A DNA stretch of 64,000 nt. Source: Acidimicrobiales bacterium. GTDB lineage: Bacteria > Actinomycetota > Acidimicrobiia > Acidimicrobiales > Aldehydirespiratoraceae. Position 1 is the stretch's first letter. Every line of letters begins with the position of its first letter. Of this stretch, positions 26,113-35,946 are shown in pieces. The DNA lies in contig JAKMFW010000015.1 in assembly GCA_022425325.1 (NCBI GenBank), positions 15,937 through 79,936 on the forward strand. The letters are read 5' to 3'. The notes beneath the pieces were generated by a model. The model was not told the DNA's origin, made no database searches, and saw only the letters and a list, made by a program, of their open reading frames with translations. The position numbers and the translations under genes were made by a program.

Positions 26113-27213
26113 ATGAAGACACGTGCCGCCGTCGCCTACGAAGTCAACGCCCCGTGGCAGGTCGAGGAGTTCGAGATCAACGACCCCGGCCCCGAGGAGA
26201 TGCTCGTCAAGATGAGTTTCGCCGGGCTGTGCCACTCCGACGAGCACATCCGAATGGGCGACTTCACCGACGCAGCCCTCCCGATGGTCTGCGGTCACGA
26301 GGGAGCCGGAGTCGTCGAGGCGGTCGGCGACCGCGTGCGAGGCTTCAAACCCGGTGATCATGTCGCCGCCTCGTTTATCCCGTCGTGCGGCCGCTGCCCG
26401 TCCTGCGCAAGCGGCATGCAGTACCTCTGCGACAACGGCGCGGAGATCATGGCCGGCAGCGACAAGTTCTTCGGCGAACGCGGCCCGGTGAAGGCCATGT
26501 CGGGCATCGGCACCTTCTCCGAATACGCCGTCGTCCACGAAAACTCTGTCGTCCCCGTCGGCGACTGGTACCCCCTCGAAGCGGTCTCGCTGTGCTCGTG
26601 TGGTGTCGCCACCGGCTGGGGGTCGGCCGTCAACGTCGCCGATGTCTCCGCCGGCGACACCGTGGTCGTGGTCGGCACCGGCGGTATCGGCGTCAATGCC
26701 GTCCAGGGCGCGGCGATGGCCGGGGCGGCCAACGTCATCGCCGTCGACCCGATCGAGATGAAGCGTGAATTCGCGCAGACGATGGGAGCCACCCACGCCG
26801 TCTCCTCGATCGAGGAGGCCACGCCACTTGTGCAGGAACTGTCCTGGGGGCGCGGCGCCAACCAGGTCATCATCACCGTTGGCGATGCCACCTCCGATCT
26901 CTTCGCCCCGGCGATGGGCATGGTGGGCAAGGGCGGCAGTCTGACCCTCACCTCGCTGAGCAACATGATGCAGAACGACATCAGCCTCAACACCGTCGAT
27001 TTCGCCATGAGCGGCAAACACCTCCACGGCTCGATCTACGGCTACTGCAACCCACGCGCCGACATCCCGAAGCTCCTGCGTCTCTACGACCAAGGAAAGC
27101 TCAAGCTCGACGAACTCGTCACCCAGAAGTACGCCCTCGAGGACATCAACGAGGGCTACCGGGCACTCCACGACGGCGAGATCATTCGCGGCCTTATCGA
27201 CTTCTCCCTGTAG
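26113..27213 (+). CDS. zinc-dependent alcohol dehydrogenase (NDMA-dependent ADH-like)
   Basis: 366 aa. GLCHSDEH, GHEGAGVVEAVG, structural-zinc CGRCPSCASG, and Rossmann motif VVGTGGIG. Confidence 0.88.
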   Translation: MKTRAAVAYEVNAPWQVEEFEINDPGPEEMLVKMSFAGLCHSDEHIRMGDFTDAALPMVCGHEGAGVVEAVGDRVRGFKPGDHVAASFIPSCGRCPSCASGMQYLCDNGAEIMAGSDKFFGERGPVKAMSGIGTFSEYAVVHENSVVPVGDWYPLEAVSLCSCGVATGWGSAVNVADVSAGDTVVVVGTGGIGVNAVQGAAMAGAANVIAVDPIEMKREFAQTMGATHAVSSIEEATPLVQELSWGRGANQVIITVGDATSDLFAPAMGMVGKGGSLTLTSLSNMMQNDISLNTVDFAMSGKHLHGSIYGYCNPRADIPKLLRLYDQGKLKLDELVTQKYALEDINEGYRALHDGEIIRGLIDFSL

Positions 27214-27252
27214 CTGGCAGCGAAGCGGACATCGGCGACTACCCTGCCCACC

Positions 27253-28098
27253 ATGGGTCGCATCCGAAACACCATCGAACTGGCCAAGACCTCCTGGGGC
27301 GTGCTCCAGAAGGATCGTGAACTGGTCGTCCTCCCCGTCCTCAGCTTCCTCGGCGCGGCACTCGTGCTCGCCATCTTCGTCATCCCCGGCGTCCTGGCAC
27401 TCCCCGAGGAGACCGCCGGTTCGGCGGCTGCGGGCGAGGAACAAGCCCTTCCCGCCCTGTCGCTGATCCTGTTCGTGTTCGGCTCGCTCGCTGCCACGGT
27501 CGTCAGCGTGTTCTTCACCGGCGCCCTCGTCGCCGGCGCCCACGAGCGCATGAGCGGCGGCGACCCGACCGTCGGCAGCGCCATCGGCCGGGCAACCCAG
27601 CGGATTCCCGGCCTCGTGCCCTGGGCGCTGCTCACCGCCACCGTCGGCATGATCATCCAGGCGCTGCGCGAGCGAGCCGGTGCCGTCGGCCAATTCATCC
27701 TCGGTGGCATCGATCTCGCCTGGAACGTGGCGTCGTTCCTCACCATCCCGGCGATCGTCATCGACGACAAGGGGCCGATCGACGGCTTCAAGTCGTCGGC
27801 CGGCCTCCTCCGTCAGACCTGGGGCGAGAACCTCGCATCGCAGGTCGGGTTCGGCCTGGTCGGCTTCGTCGCCGCGATCCCGGCGATCGTGCTGATCGCG
27901 ATCGCCACCGCGCTGAACGTCACGGCGTTCCTCGTGGTCGCCTTCATCATCGCCGCCGTGTGGATTGCGCTCGTCCTCGCCGTGATCAGCGCGCTCGGCG
28001 GCATCTTCAAGGCCGCGCTCTACCTCTACGCCACCCGAGGTCAGGCTCCCGAGGGCTTCGAGGGGGCCGACCTCGCCGGGACCTTCACCCGCCGCTGA
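27253..28098 (+). CDS. hypothetical polytopic membrane protein
   Basis: 281 aa with 5-6 hydrophobic helices. High third-position GC. TACCCT box 7 nt before the ATG. No enzymatic motif recognised. Confidence 0.65.
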   Translation: MGRIRNTIELAKTSWGVLQKDRELVVLPVLSFLGAALVLAIFVIPGVLALPEETAGSAAAGEEQALPALSLILFVFGSLAATVVSVFFTGALVAGAHERMSGGDPTVGSAIGRATQRIPGLVPWALLTATVGMIIQALRERAGAVGQFILGGIDLAWNVASFLTIPAIVIDDKGPIDGFKSSAGLLRQTWGENLASQVGFGLVGFVAAIPAIVLIAIATALNVTAFLVVAFIIAAVWIALVLAVISALGGIFKAALYLYATRGQAPEGFEGADLAGTFTRR

Positions 28099-28101
28099 AT
28101 C

Positions 28102-30192
28102 TCAGACGTCGAGGGTCGAGGTATCGACCAGCGCTGAATTCTTCACGAGGAAATCGCGCCGCACACCGACATCGTTGCCCATCAGGACATCGAACATGTT
28201 CGCCGCCTCTTTGGCCTGCTTGGCGTCGTCCATCGTGAGGCGCTTCAGGGTGCGGGTGGCGGGATCGAGTGCACAGTGGCGGAGTTCGTCGACGTTCATC
28301 TCGCCGAGACCCTTGAAACGCTGCCACTTGATGTTCTCGCGCTTGCGGTTGCCTTTGCAGAGCTCGTCGGTGACGGCCTCTCGCTCTTCGTCGGTGTACA
28401 CCCGGTAGATCTGATCGCCGACCTTGGTGGTGTAGAGCGGTGGCTGGGCGGCGTACACGTTGCCCGCTTCGAGCATCGGCTTCATGTACTCGTGGATCAA
28501 GGTGAGCAGCAGACAACGGATGTGGCTGCCGTCGACATCGGCATCACACAGGATCACGATGCGGCCATAACGGCTGTCGTCGAGGTTGAAGTCGCGGCCG
28601 GCACCGGCGCCGACGGACGTGAACAGGGCTTGGGCCTCGGCATTGTCGAGGACCTGCTTCTGGCTGGCCTTGGCCGCATTGACCACCTTGCCCCGCAGCG
28701 GCAGGATCGCCATGGTCTCGGAGTCGCGCCCTCGCTTGGCCGGACCGGCGGCGGAGTCGCCCTCGACCAGGATGATCTCGGAGTCGGGGCCGTGCGTGCG
28801 ACAGTCGGCCAGCTTCTCGGGCATGCCGGTCGAGCCGAGCTTCGCGGCCTTGCGCTTGTTCTCGAGGACCTGCTTGGACGCCACCCGGTTCTGAATCGCA
28901 TTGGCGAGCTTGTCGGCGATCGCCTTGACATGGCTGCGCGGACCCCCGCCCGGCTCGAACCACTCCTTGAGCTGCTCATAGGCGATGCGACGCACGATCG
29001 ACTCGATCGCCGGCGTACCGAGCTCCTGCTTGGTCTGACCGCGGAACTGCGGCTCGGGGAAGGTGACCTTGATGGCGGCGACGAGACCTTCCTGGACATC
29101 GTCCTTGACCGCCTTGTGCTTGTCTTCCTTCTTGAGCTTCGCCAGCTTGCGGTTGTCCTTCAAGACGACATTGTTGACCGCCTGCGTGAGCGCCTTATCG
29201 AAGCCGGCCTGATGGGTGCCACCCTGACTGGTGGGGATCGTGTTGACGAAGGAGACGATCTCGGTGTCGTAGCCGGCCGTCCACCGCAGGGCGACATCGA
29301 CACGGCACTCGCGCTCGACGTCGGTCATCTTGCCGTCGACCGGGACCTTCTCGGTGAACGTGTCGATGCCGCTGCACATGATGATCTGATTGACCGGGGC
29401 ACCGGTCGACAGGTGCTCGACGAGATCGGCGAGCCCACCGCGGCTCACGAACGAGAACGGCTCGCTGAGCCGGGTGCTCTCACCCGCCCCTGACGCACTG
29501 CGCTTGTCGGTGACGGTGACCTTCATGCCGGGCACCAGGAAGCAGGCCTGGGTGGCGCGCCGACAGATCTCTTCGACGTCGATGACGGCGTCGGGATCGA
29601 AGATTTCGAAGTCGGGCCAGAACCGCACTCGCGTGCCGGTCTTGTTCTTGGAGATGCGCTTGGCCTTGACCAGCGCATGACCCTTCGAGAAGCGGCCGGT
29701 GCCGGTCGAACCGTTGGCGAACTGCCCGGCGACGCGCTCGTTGAACCCGAGAACATGGGTGGCGCCGTCGCGATCGACTTCCGCCACGAGCTTCTGCGCG
29801 AGTGCGTTCACGACCGAGGCGCCGACCCCGTGCAGACCACCCGACGACGAGTAGGCGCCACCGCCGAACTTGCCGCCGGCGTGAAGCTCGGTGAACACGA
29901 CCTCGAGCGCGGAGACCTTCTTGCGGGCGTGCAGGTCGATCGGAATGCCTCGCCCGTTGTCGGCGACCTCGATCGACCGGTCACGATGCAAGGTGATGTC
30001 GACCTTGTCGGCGAAGCCAGCCGATGCCTCGTCGACGGCATTGTCGATCAGCTCCCAGACAAGGTGCATGAGACCATCGGAGCCGGTGCCGCCGATGTAC
30101 ATGCCCGGACGCTTGCGAACGGCCTCCAACCCTTCGAGGGTCTGGATGGCGTCGGCGTCGTAGCCCGAGGTGCTGGTCTTCTTCGCAGGCAT
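28102..30192 (-). CDS. type IIA DNA topoisomerase subunit B (GyrB/ParE family)
   Basis: 696 aa. GHKL ATPase (LEAVRKRPGMYIGGT, ELIDNAVDE, DNGRGIP, GGLHGVGASVVNA), Toprim EGDSAGG, PLRGK and DADVDGSHI. No A subunit in the window. Confidence 0.9.
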   Translation of the reverse strand: MPAKKTSTSGYDADAIQTLEGLEAVRKRPGMYIGGTGSDGLMHLVWELIDNAVDEASAGFADKVDITLHRDRSIEVADNGRGIPIDLHARKKVSALEVVFTELHAGGKFGGGAYSSSGGLHGVGASVVNALAQKLVAEVDRDGATHVLGFNERVAGQFANGSTGTGRFSKGHALVKAKRISKNKTGTRVRFWPDFEIFDPDAVIDVEEICRRATQACFLVPGMKVTVTDKRSASGAGESTRLSEPFSFVSRGGLADLVEHLSTGAPVNQIIMCSGIDTFTEKVPVDGKMTDVERECRVDVALRWTAGYDTEIVSFVNTIPTSQGGTHQAGFDKALTQAVNNVVLKDNRKLAKLKKEDKHKAVKDDVQEGLVAAIKVTFPEPQFRGQTKQELGTPAIESIVRRIAYEQLKEWFEPGGGPRSHVKAIADKLANAIQNRVASKQVLENKRKAAKLGSTGMPEKLADCRTHGPDSEIILVEGDSAAGPAKRGRDSETMAILPLRGKVVNAAKASQKQVLDNAEAQALFTSVGAGAGRDFNLDDSRYGRIVILCDADVDGSHIRCLLLTLIHEYMKPMLEAGNVYAAQPPLYTTKVGDQIYRVYTDEEREAVTDELCKGNRKRENIKWQRFKGLGEMNVDELRHCALDPATRTLKRLTMDDAKQAKEAANMFDVLMGNDVGVRRDFLVKNSALVDTSTLDV

Positions 30193-30254
30193 CAGGCCGA
30201 ACGTAGCAACGCCATGTGACGAGGCGGTGGCACCGCCACGTGTCGACGCGTTGA

Positions 30255-30758
30255 TCAGCCCGGCGCGCCGACGACGACGGTCTTCGAACCGTCAACGCCG
30301 TTCATCGCGCACAGACCGTTCCAGGCCTGCAGGATCGACTGCGCGTCGGTCACGCCCGTGACCTGGCCGTCGTCGTCGACGTTGACGTTGGCGCCGTGGA
30401 TGGCGAACCACACGTCGGTCTCGCCGTCGTTGTCTTCGGGCACGACCAGCGTGTGGACCGAATGGGCCGGTTCGTACAGGTACGAACCAGGCCGGTTGAG
30501 ATACTCCGGGTACTCCTCATACCCCCACGAGCCCGCGAGCGTCAGGGCGTAGACGGGACCCGTGTGGTAGTGCCGCTGCACCCGGTACCCCGCCGGGAAG
30601 CGGTTCCGGAGAATCCAGAGGCCCTGGTTGAGGTCGACGTGGAGCAGCTTGATGCCGAGGTCGCCGGCGTAGACCCAGGGGGTGTCGTCCTCACCGAGGT
30701 GCAGGGCTTCGGTGAGTCCGTGCATCGGGACCATGGGCTGGGGTGCGGTGTCGGTCAT
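30255..30758 (-). CDS. cupin-fold protein, 2,4'-dihydroxyacetophenone dioxygenase-like
   Basis: 167 aa. RHYHTGPVYALTLAGSWGY...YLYEPAHSVHTL is a cupin His-containing motif pair. The family assignment is from memory. Confidence 0.7.
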   Translation of the reverse strand: MTDTAPQPMVPMHGLTEALHLGEDDTPWVYAGDLGIKLLHVDLNQGLWILRNRFPAGYRVQRHYHTGPVYALTLAGSWGYEEYPEYLNRPGSYLYEPAHSVHTLVVPEDNDGETDVWFAIHGANVNVDDDGQVTGVTDAQSILQAWNGLCAMNGVDGSKTVVVGAPG

Positions 30759-30767
30759 CCGTGCACC

Positions 30768-31997
30768 CTAGGAGGCCGAGGCCTGCGGCTTGGGTTCCTT
30801 GGGCAGACCCAACACCATCTCGCCGAGGATGTTGCGCTGGACCTGGCTGGTGCCAGCGTAGATCGTGCCGGCACGGGCGTTGTAGAACGCGCCGAGCCAT
30901 GAACCCGGGTCGTTCGGTGATCCCGGCGCGTCGGAGTGGAAGGCCTTCTTGGCGCTCGGTTCCGCGATCATCGCGTCGGGGCCGATCACATCGAGGGCCA
31001 ATTCGGTCAGCCGCTTGTGGTACTCGGACCAGTAGAGCTTGAACGCCGACTCGGCCGGACCGGGCTGGGCCCCACCGAGGAAGCGGGTCAGGGTACCCAT
31101 GCCGAGATAGCGCATGATCTCGACCTCGATGTAGGTCGAGGCGAGGCGGTCGCGCAGGACCGGGTCGGTGTTGGCGCCGGTCTCCTGGGCCTTCGCCGCC
31201 AACTTCTCCCACTCGGCCTTGAACATGATCGGTTGGGTGGCGGCGGCTTCGCCGCGCTCGTAGCCGAGCAGCGTCATGGCGACGGCCCAGCCGGCGTTGA
31301 CCCCACCGATGACGTTGTCTTTGTGGGTACGGGCGTCGGTGAAGAACGTCTCGTTGAACTCGTCGTCGCCGGAGATCATCGTGATCGGACGAACCTCCAC
31401 GCCGGGCTGCTCCATCGGGCACAGGAGGAACGAGATGCCGCGATGCTTCGGAGCGTCGGGATCGGTGCGGCACAACACGAAGATCCAGTTGGCGTACTGC
31501 CCGGCAGAGGTCCAGATCTTCTGACCGTTGATGACCCACTCGTCACCGTCGAGGACGGCCTTGCAACCAAGCCCGCCGAGGTCGGAACCCGCGTCGGGCT
31601 CCGAGTAGCCCTGACACCAGACATCCTCGCCGCTGATGATGCGCGGCAGGAAGTGCGCTTTCTGCTCCTCGGTACCCCAGTGCAGGATCGTGTTGCCGAC
31701 CATCTGGATCGAGAACGCGTCGTTGCCGGCGCCGGTCGGGGCACCGGCCTTCTCGAACTCCTCGGCGAGGATCACCTGCTCGATTTCCGACATGCCACCG
31801 CCGCCGTATTCGGTCGGCCACGACGGGGCGAGCAGGCCGTTGGCGGCAAGCTTCTGGCGCCAATCGGCGGTCCACTCGAAGGCATCCTCCACGGACATCG
31901 CGCCGTAGCCGGCCCAGCCAGGTGGGAGGTTGGCGTCGAGGAAGTCCTTAATGCGGGTGCGGAAGGCCTCGGCTTCTTCGGTGTACGTCGGATCCAT
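30768..31997 (-). CDS. acyl-CoA dehydrogenase
   Basis: ORF 30768..32945. Start moved to ATG 31997 (MDPTYTEEAEAFR...). YSEPDAGSD, GQKIWTS and a C-terminal IYAGTSQVQRNILGE block. The upstream 316 codons are antisense shadow of the methyltransferase gene. Confidence 0.88.
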   Translation of the reverse strand: MDPTYTEEAEAFRTRIKDFLDANLPPGWAGYGAMSVEDAFEWTADWRQKLAANGLLAPSWPTEYGGGGMSEIEQVILAEEFEKAGAPTGAGNDAFSIQMVGNTILHWGTEEQKAHFLPRIISGEDVWCQGYSEPDAGSDLGGLGCKAVLDGDEWVINGQKIWTSAGQYANWIFVLCRTDPDAPKHRGISFLLCPMEQPGVEVRPITMISGDDEFNETFFTDARTHKDNVIGGVNAGWAVAMTLLGYERGEAAATQPIMFKAEWEKLAAKAQETGANTDPVLRDRLASTYIEVEIMRYLGMGTLTRFLGGAQPGPAESAFKLYWSEYHKRLTELALDVIGPDAMIAEPSAKKAFHSDAPGSPNDPGSWLGAFYNARAGTIYAGTSQVQRNILGEMVLGLPKEPKPQASAS

Positions 31998-32033
31998 GAG
32001 GTCCGAAGGTACCGGGCCGTAGGCTCTTGCACC

Positions 32034-32867
32034 ATGTCCGCGCGAGACCGATACGTCGACCTGCTCATGGGGTGCCTCACCCGGGAGTTGTTCCTCGACG
32101 AAGAGACCCACGACATCGACCTGTCGACATGGCCCGGACCCGGCACACCCGACGAGGTGAAAGCGGCCCTGCGGACCCATGGTTGGCGCGTCACCCGCAC
32201 GGGTGGCGATCCGTCGACCCGCGACGATGCTGCGCTTCGTGGAGAGGGGCGCGACTGGCCGCCAACAGCGGAGACGATGGTCGGTCGCCGGCGGCTCGAG
32301 AACGTCCGATCGGCGGTCGAGACCGTGCTCGGTGAAGGCATACCGGGCGATCTGATCGAGACCGGCGTCTGGCGAGGTGGCGTGACCATTCTCATGCGCG
32401 GCATGCTCGAGGCCTGGGAGGACACCGAACGGCGCGTCTGGGTTGCCGACTCGTTCGAGGGACTTCCGGCGCCGAACGTCGAGACGTACCCCGACGATGC
32501 CGGACACGACATGTCCGGTGTCTCGACCCTCATGGTCGGAGCCGACCAGGTGCGGGCGAACTTCGACCGGTACGGCCTGCTCGACGATCAGGTGCGCTTC
32601 CTGGAGGGATGGTTCGCCGACACCCTGCCGATGGCGCCGATCGAGCAGCTCGCCGTCCTGCGTCTCGACGGAGACCTCTACGAGTCGACGATGGACGCAC
32701 TCGTGCCGCTCTACGAGAAGGTCTCCCCCGGTGGCTTCGTCATCGTTGACGACTACGGCGCCTGGGAACCCTGCCGAAAGGCCGTCGACGACTTCCGAGC
32801 GCAGCACGGGATCACCGACGAGATCGTCGAGGTCGACTGGACCGGGGTCTACTGGCGCAGGTCCTGA
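32034..32867 (+). CDS. TylF/MycF-family (macrocin-type) O-methyltransferase
   Basis: Internal ATG 32034 of ORF 30936..32867. GDLIETGVWRGG, LRLDGDLYEST and GGFVIVDDYG are typical TylF-family blocks. Confidence 0.8.
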   Translation: MSARDRYVDLLMGCLTRELFLDEETHDIDLSTWPGPGTPDEVKAALRTHGWRVTRTGGDPSTRDDAALRGEGRDWPPTAETMVGRRRLENVRSAVETVLGEGIPGDLIETGVWRGGVTILMRGMLEAWEDTERRVWVADSFEGLPAPNVETYPDDAGHDMSGVSTLMVGADQVRANFDRYGLLDDQVRFLEGWFADTLPMAPIEQLAVLRLDGDLYESTMDALVPLYEKVSPGGFVIVDDYGAWEPCRKAVDDFRAQHGITDEIVEVDWTGVYWRRS

Positions 32868-32975
32868 GGCCGGCAGGCGTCGACACCGGCTCCGGGGCGA
32901 CCCCCCGACGACGAACCGCCATGCGGTGCCGTGTCCAGAAGACATCTACGATCGGCCTGCCAAGGGGGAGGCCGC

Positions 32976-33755
32976 ATGACCGACAAGATCACGCTCGACG
33001 TCAAGGGTTCGATCGCGACGATCACGAACCGCAACGTCGACAAACACAATGCGTTCGACGACGAAATGGACGCCCAGCTGTTCGCGATCTTCGACGAACT
33101 GGCGGCGACCCCGACGGTCCGAGCGATTGTGTGGCGAGGCGAGGGGAAGAGCTGGTCGTCTGGCCGCGACGTGTCGGCGATCGGCACCAACGTGACCGAG
33201 ATGACCCATCACGAGCTGATGAGCCGAGGCCATGCGGGCATCCAGAAGATCTGGTCGATCGAGGCCCCCATCATCGTGGCGATCCAGGGGTGGGCGATCG
33301 GCGGCTCGTTCCAACGAGCACTGCTGTGCGACGTCCGCATCGCGGCGGAGGACGCTCGCTTCATGCTCCCCGAGCTCGGTCACGGCGTCATCCCCGACAC
33401 CGGCGGCATGGGGGTGCTGTACGAGATGTGCGGCCACGGCCTCGTGAGCGACATGGTGCTGACCGGCCGCCGTCTCTCGGCTGACGAGGCCCTGTCACAC
33501 GGCATCGTGAGCCGGGTCGTGCCGAACGATGAGCTCGACGCAACGGCGCACGAGATGGCCGAGAAGATCGCCGCGTCACCCGCCGTGACGGTGAAGCTGG
33601 CCCGCAAGGTCATCGCCCATCTGAGCCGCCCACAGATCCGCACCTCGATGGAAGACGAGCTGATCTACCAGACGTTCCTGAACAAGTCAGAGGACTTCGC
33701 CGAGTTCCGCGCCGCCCGAGCCGAGGAACGCGAACCGAACTACCGGGGGTCGTGA
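32976..33755 (+). CDS. enoyl-CoA hydratase/isomerase (crotonase fold)
   Basis: ORF 32931..33755. ATG 32976 is preceded by GGGGGAG. ITNRNVDKHNAF, GEGKSWSSGRDV and the QGWAIGGSF oxyanion-hole region. Confidence 0.88.
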   Translation: MTDKITLDVKGSIATITNRNVDKHNAFDDEMDAQLFAIFDELAATPTVRAIVWRGEGKSWSSGRDVSAIGTNVTEMTHHELMSRGHAGIQKIWSIEAPIIVAIQGWAIGGSFQRALLCDVRIAAEDARFMLPELGHGVIPDTGGMGVLYEMCGHGLVSDMVLTGRRLSADEALSHGIVSRVVPNDELDATAHEMAEKIAASPAVTVKLARKVIAHLSRPQIRTSMEDELIYQTFLNKSEDFAEFRAARAEEREPNYRGS

Positions 33756-34636
33756 TGCCTGAGTTCCCCGGCCTCCCGGCCCCACCACCGGTCGGGACCA
33801 GCGCCCTGCCGGCCGGCACCTTCGAGGGCACGAGCGTGTTCGTCACCGGCGGCGGAACCGGCCTCGGGAAAGCGATCGCCTCGGAATTCGCCCGCCTCGG
33901 GGCCGACATCGTCATCGCCTCGCGGAAGCCCGAACACCTCGAGGCCGGCGAACAGGCCATCACCGACCTCGGCGCCCGGGTCACGACGGTCGAATGCGAC
34001 ATCCGCGACCCTGAATCGATCACGACGGCATTCGACGCCGCCGAGGCCGCATTCGGGATGCCGAGTGTTCTGGTCAACAACGCCGCCGCCAACTTCCCGG
34101 TCCCGGCCGAGGACATGTCGCCCAACGCGTGGCGCACCGTCGTCGACATCACCCTCAACGGCACCTTCTTCGTCGCCCGAGAATTCGGGCGGCGACACCT
34201 CGCCGCCGAGACGCCCGCCTCGATCATCAATGTCGGGGCGTCGTACGCCTGGACCGGTGGTCCCGGTTTCGCCCACAGCGCCGCCGCAAAGGCCGGCGTC
34301 AAGAACATGGTCGAGACCCTCGCCGTCGAGTGGGGCCCGTATGGCATCCAGGTCAACGGACTCGTCCCCGGCCTGATGCCCCACGAGGACATGACCGACG
34401 ACATCCAGGGCAACCTCGTCCGCACCCACGACAAGGATGCGACCCAACCCGCATTGCGGGTCGGCCAGCGCCAGGAACTCGGCTGGGCGGCGACATTCCT
34501 CGCTTCCCCCTTCGCCCGCTTCATCTCCGGCCACACACTCGTGGTCGACGGCGCCAACTGGCAGCGCCGGAGCCTCACCAATCCCGAGGTCGTCACCGTG
34601 CGCGACCAGATGGGCCGGGGTCCGTTCGAGCCGTGA
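33755..34636 (+). CDS. SDR, 2,4-dienoyl-CoA reductase-like
   Basis: ORF 33752..34636. ATG 33755 overlaps the upstream TGA. VTGGGTGLG, NNAAANF and HSAAAKAGV (DECR-type active-site region). Confidence 0.8.
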   Translation: MPEFPGLPAPPPVGTSALPAGTFEGTSVFVTGGGTGLGKAIASEFARLGADIVIASRKPEHLEAGEQAITDLGARVTTVECDIRDPESITTAFDAAEAAFGMPSVLVNNAAANFPVPAEDMSPNAWRTVVDITLNGTFFVAREFGRRHLAAETPASIINVGASYAWTGGPGFAHSAAAKAGVKNMVETLAVEWGPYGIQVNGLVPGLMPHEDMTDDIQGNLVRTHDKDATQPALRVGQRQELGWAATFLASPFARFISGHTLVVDGANWQRRSLTNPEVVTVRDQMGRGPFEP

Positions 34637-34745
34637 GTACCTCCCCGGTCAGACGATCGGGGCCGATGGCGGTGGCGTGCTGCGGGCCTGACCCGTCGAT
34701 CGCCCGATCCGGCGGAAGGTTCGGCCAGGCCGTACGCTCTCGCCC

Positions 34746-35927
34746 ATGACCGATCGCTACACCCTCGTCTCGGCCGATTGCCACGCCGGCGCCGACCTCC
34801 ACACGTACCGCGGCTATCTCGAGTCCTCGTACCACGACGACTTCGACGCCTGGGCCGCCGACTTCTCGAACCCGTGGGAGGACCTCACCGACGAGTCGAA
34901 GATCCGCAACTGGGACAACGAGGTGCGTCAGCGCCAACTTGAGGCCGACGGCCTCGCCGGCGAAATCGTGTTCCCGAACACCATCCCGCCGTTCTTCCCC
35001 TCGGGCCTTCTGGTGTCCGGACCTCCCCGCACCGCTGAGGAACTCGATCAGCGATGGGCCGGGCTGCGGGCCCACAACCGGTGGCTCGCCGAGTGGTGCG
35101 AGGACCTCCCGGGTCGCCGCGCCGGCCTCGCCCAGGTTTTCCCGAACGATGTCGAGGCATCAGTCATGGAGATCCACTGGGCCGCCGAGCACGGCCTGAA
35201 GGGCATTCTCTTCCCGGCGATCCCGCCCGACGCCGACGTCCCGAAGCTGTGGAGCGACGAGTACGACCCCATCTGGCGGGCGTGCGAGGAGACCGGCCTG
35301 TCGGTCAACCAGCACGGCGGTGCCGGTGTGCCCGACTACAGCACCGCCAAGATCAAGAACTTCCTGATGATCATGGAGGTGCCGTTCTTCGCGAACCGCA
35401 GCCTCTGGCACGTGATCCTCTCGGGCGTTTTCGAACGGTTCCCGAACCTGCAGTTCGTGATGACCGAGCAACGCACCGGCTGGGTGCCCGAGACGCTCAA
35501 GAAGATGGACGGCGTCTGGTGGGCCTTCAACAACGGCGGCGTCGGTGAGCTGCGCATGGACGGCAACTCGCTCGAACGTTCACCGTCGAGCTACTTCGAC
35601 ACGAACTGCACCATGGGTGCAAGCTTTCCGTCGAGAGACGAGGCCGAGGCCATCAGGGAGCTCGGCGTGGGCAACGTGATGTGGGGCTCGGACTATCCGC
35701 ATCGCGAGGGGACCTACCCCGACTCGGTGGCGTCGTTGCGTCATGTCTTCCACGACTGGGAGCCGGCTGACCTCCACGAGCTCTTCGGCGGCACCGCGGC
35801 CAAGCTCTACGGCCTCGACATCGAGCCGATGGCTGCGTTGGAGCTCGGCCCGACGGTCGACGAGATCGCCACGCCCCTCGACGAGATTCCCGACAACCCG
35901 TCGATGGCGTTCGGTCGCCGTCTCTGA
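34746..35927 (+). CDS. amidohydrolase-2 (ACMSD-like metal-dependent hydrolase/decarboxylase)
   Basis: 393 aa. N-terminal SADCHAG metal motif and C-terminal WGSDYPHREG. TACGCT box 7 nt before the ATG. Confidence 0.8.
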   Translation: MTDRYTLVSADCHAGADLHTYRGYLESSYHDDFDAWAADFSNPWEDLTDESKIRNWDNEVRQRQLEADGLAGEIVFPNTIPPFFPSGLLVSGPPRTAEELDQRWAGLRAHNRWLAEWCEDLPGRRAGLAQVFPNDVEASVMEIHWAAEHGLKGILFPAIPPDADVPKLWSDEYDPIWRACEETGLSVNQHGGAGVPDYSTAKIKNFLMIMEVPFFANRSLWHVILSGVFERFPNLQFVMTEQRTGWVPETLKKMDGVWWAFNNGGVGELRMDGNSLERSPSSYFDTNCTMGASFPSRDEAEAIRELGVGNVMWGSDYPHREGTYPDSVASLRHVFHDWEPADLHELFGGTAAKLYGLDIEPMAALELGPTVDEIATPLDEIPDNPSMAFGRRL

Positions 35928-35946
35928 GGCCGTAGCCTCGGCCGCG

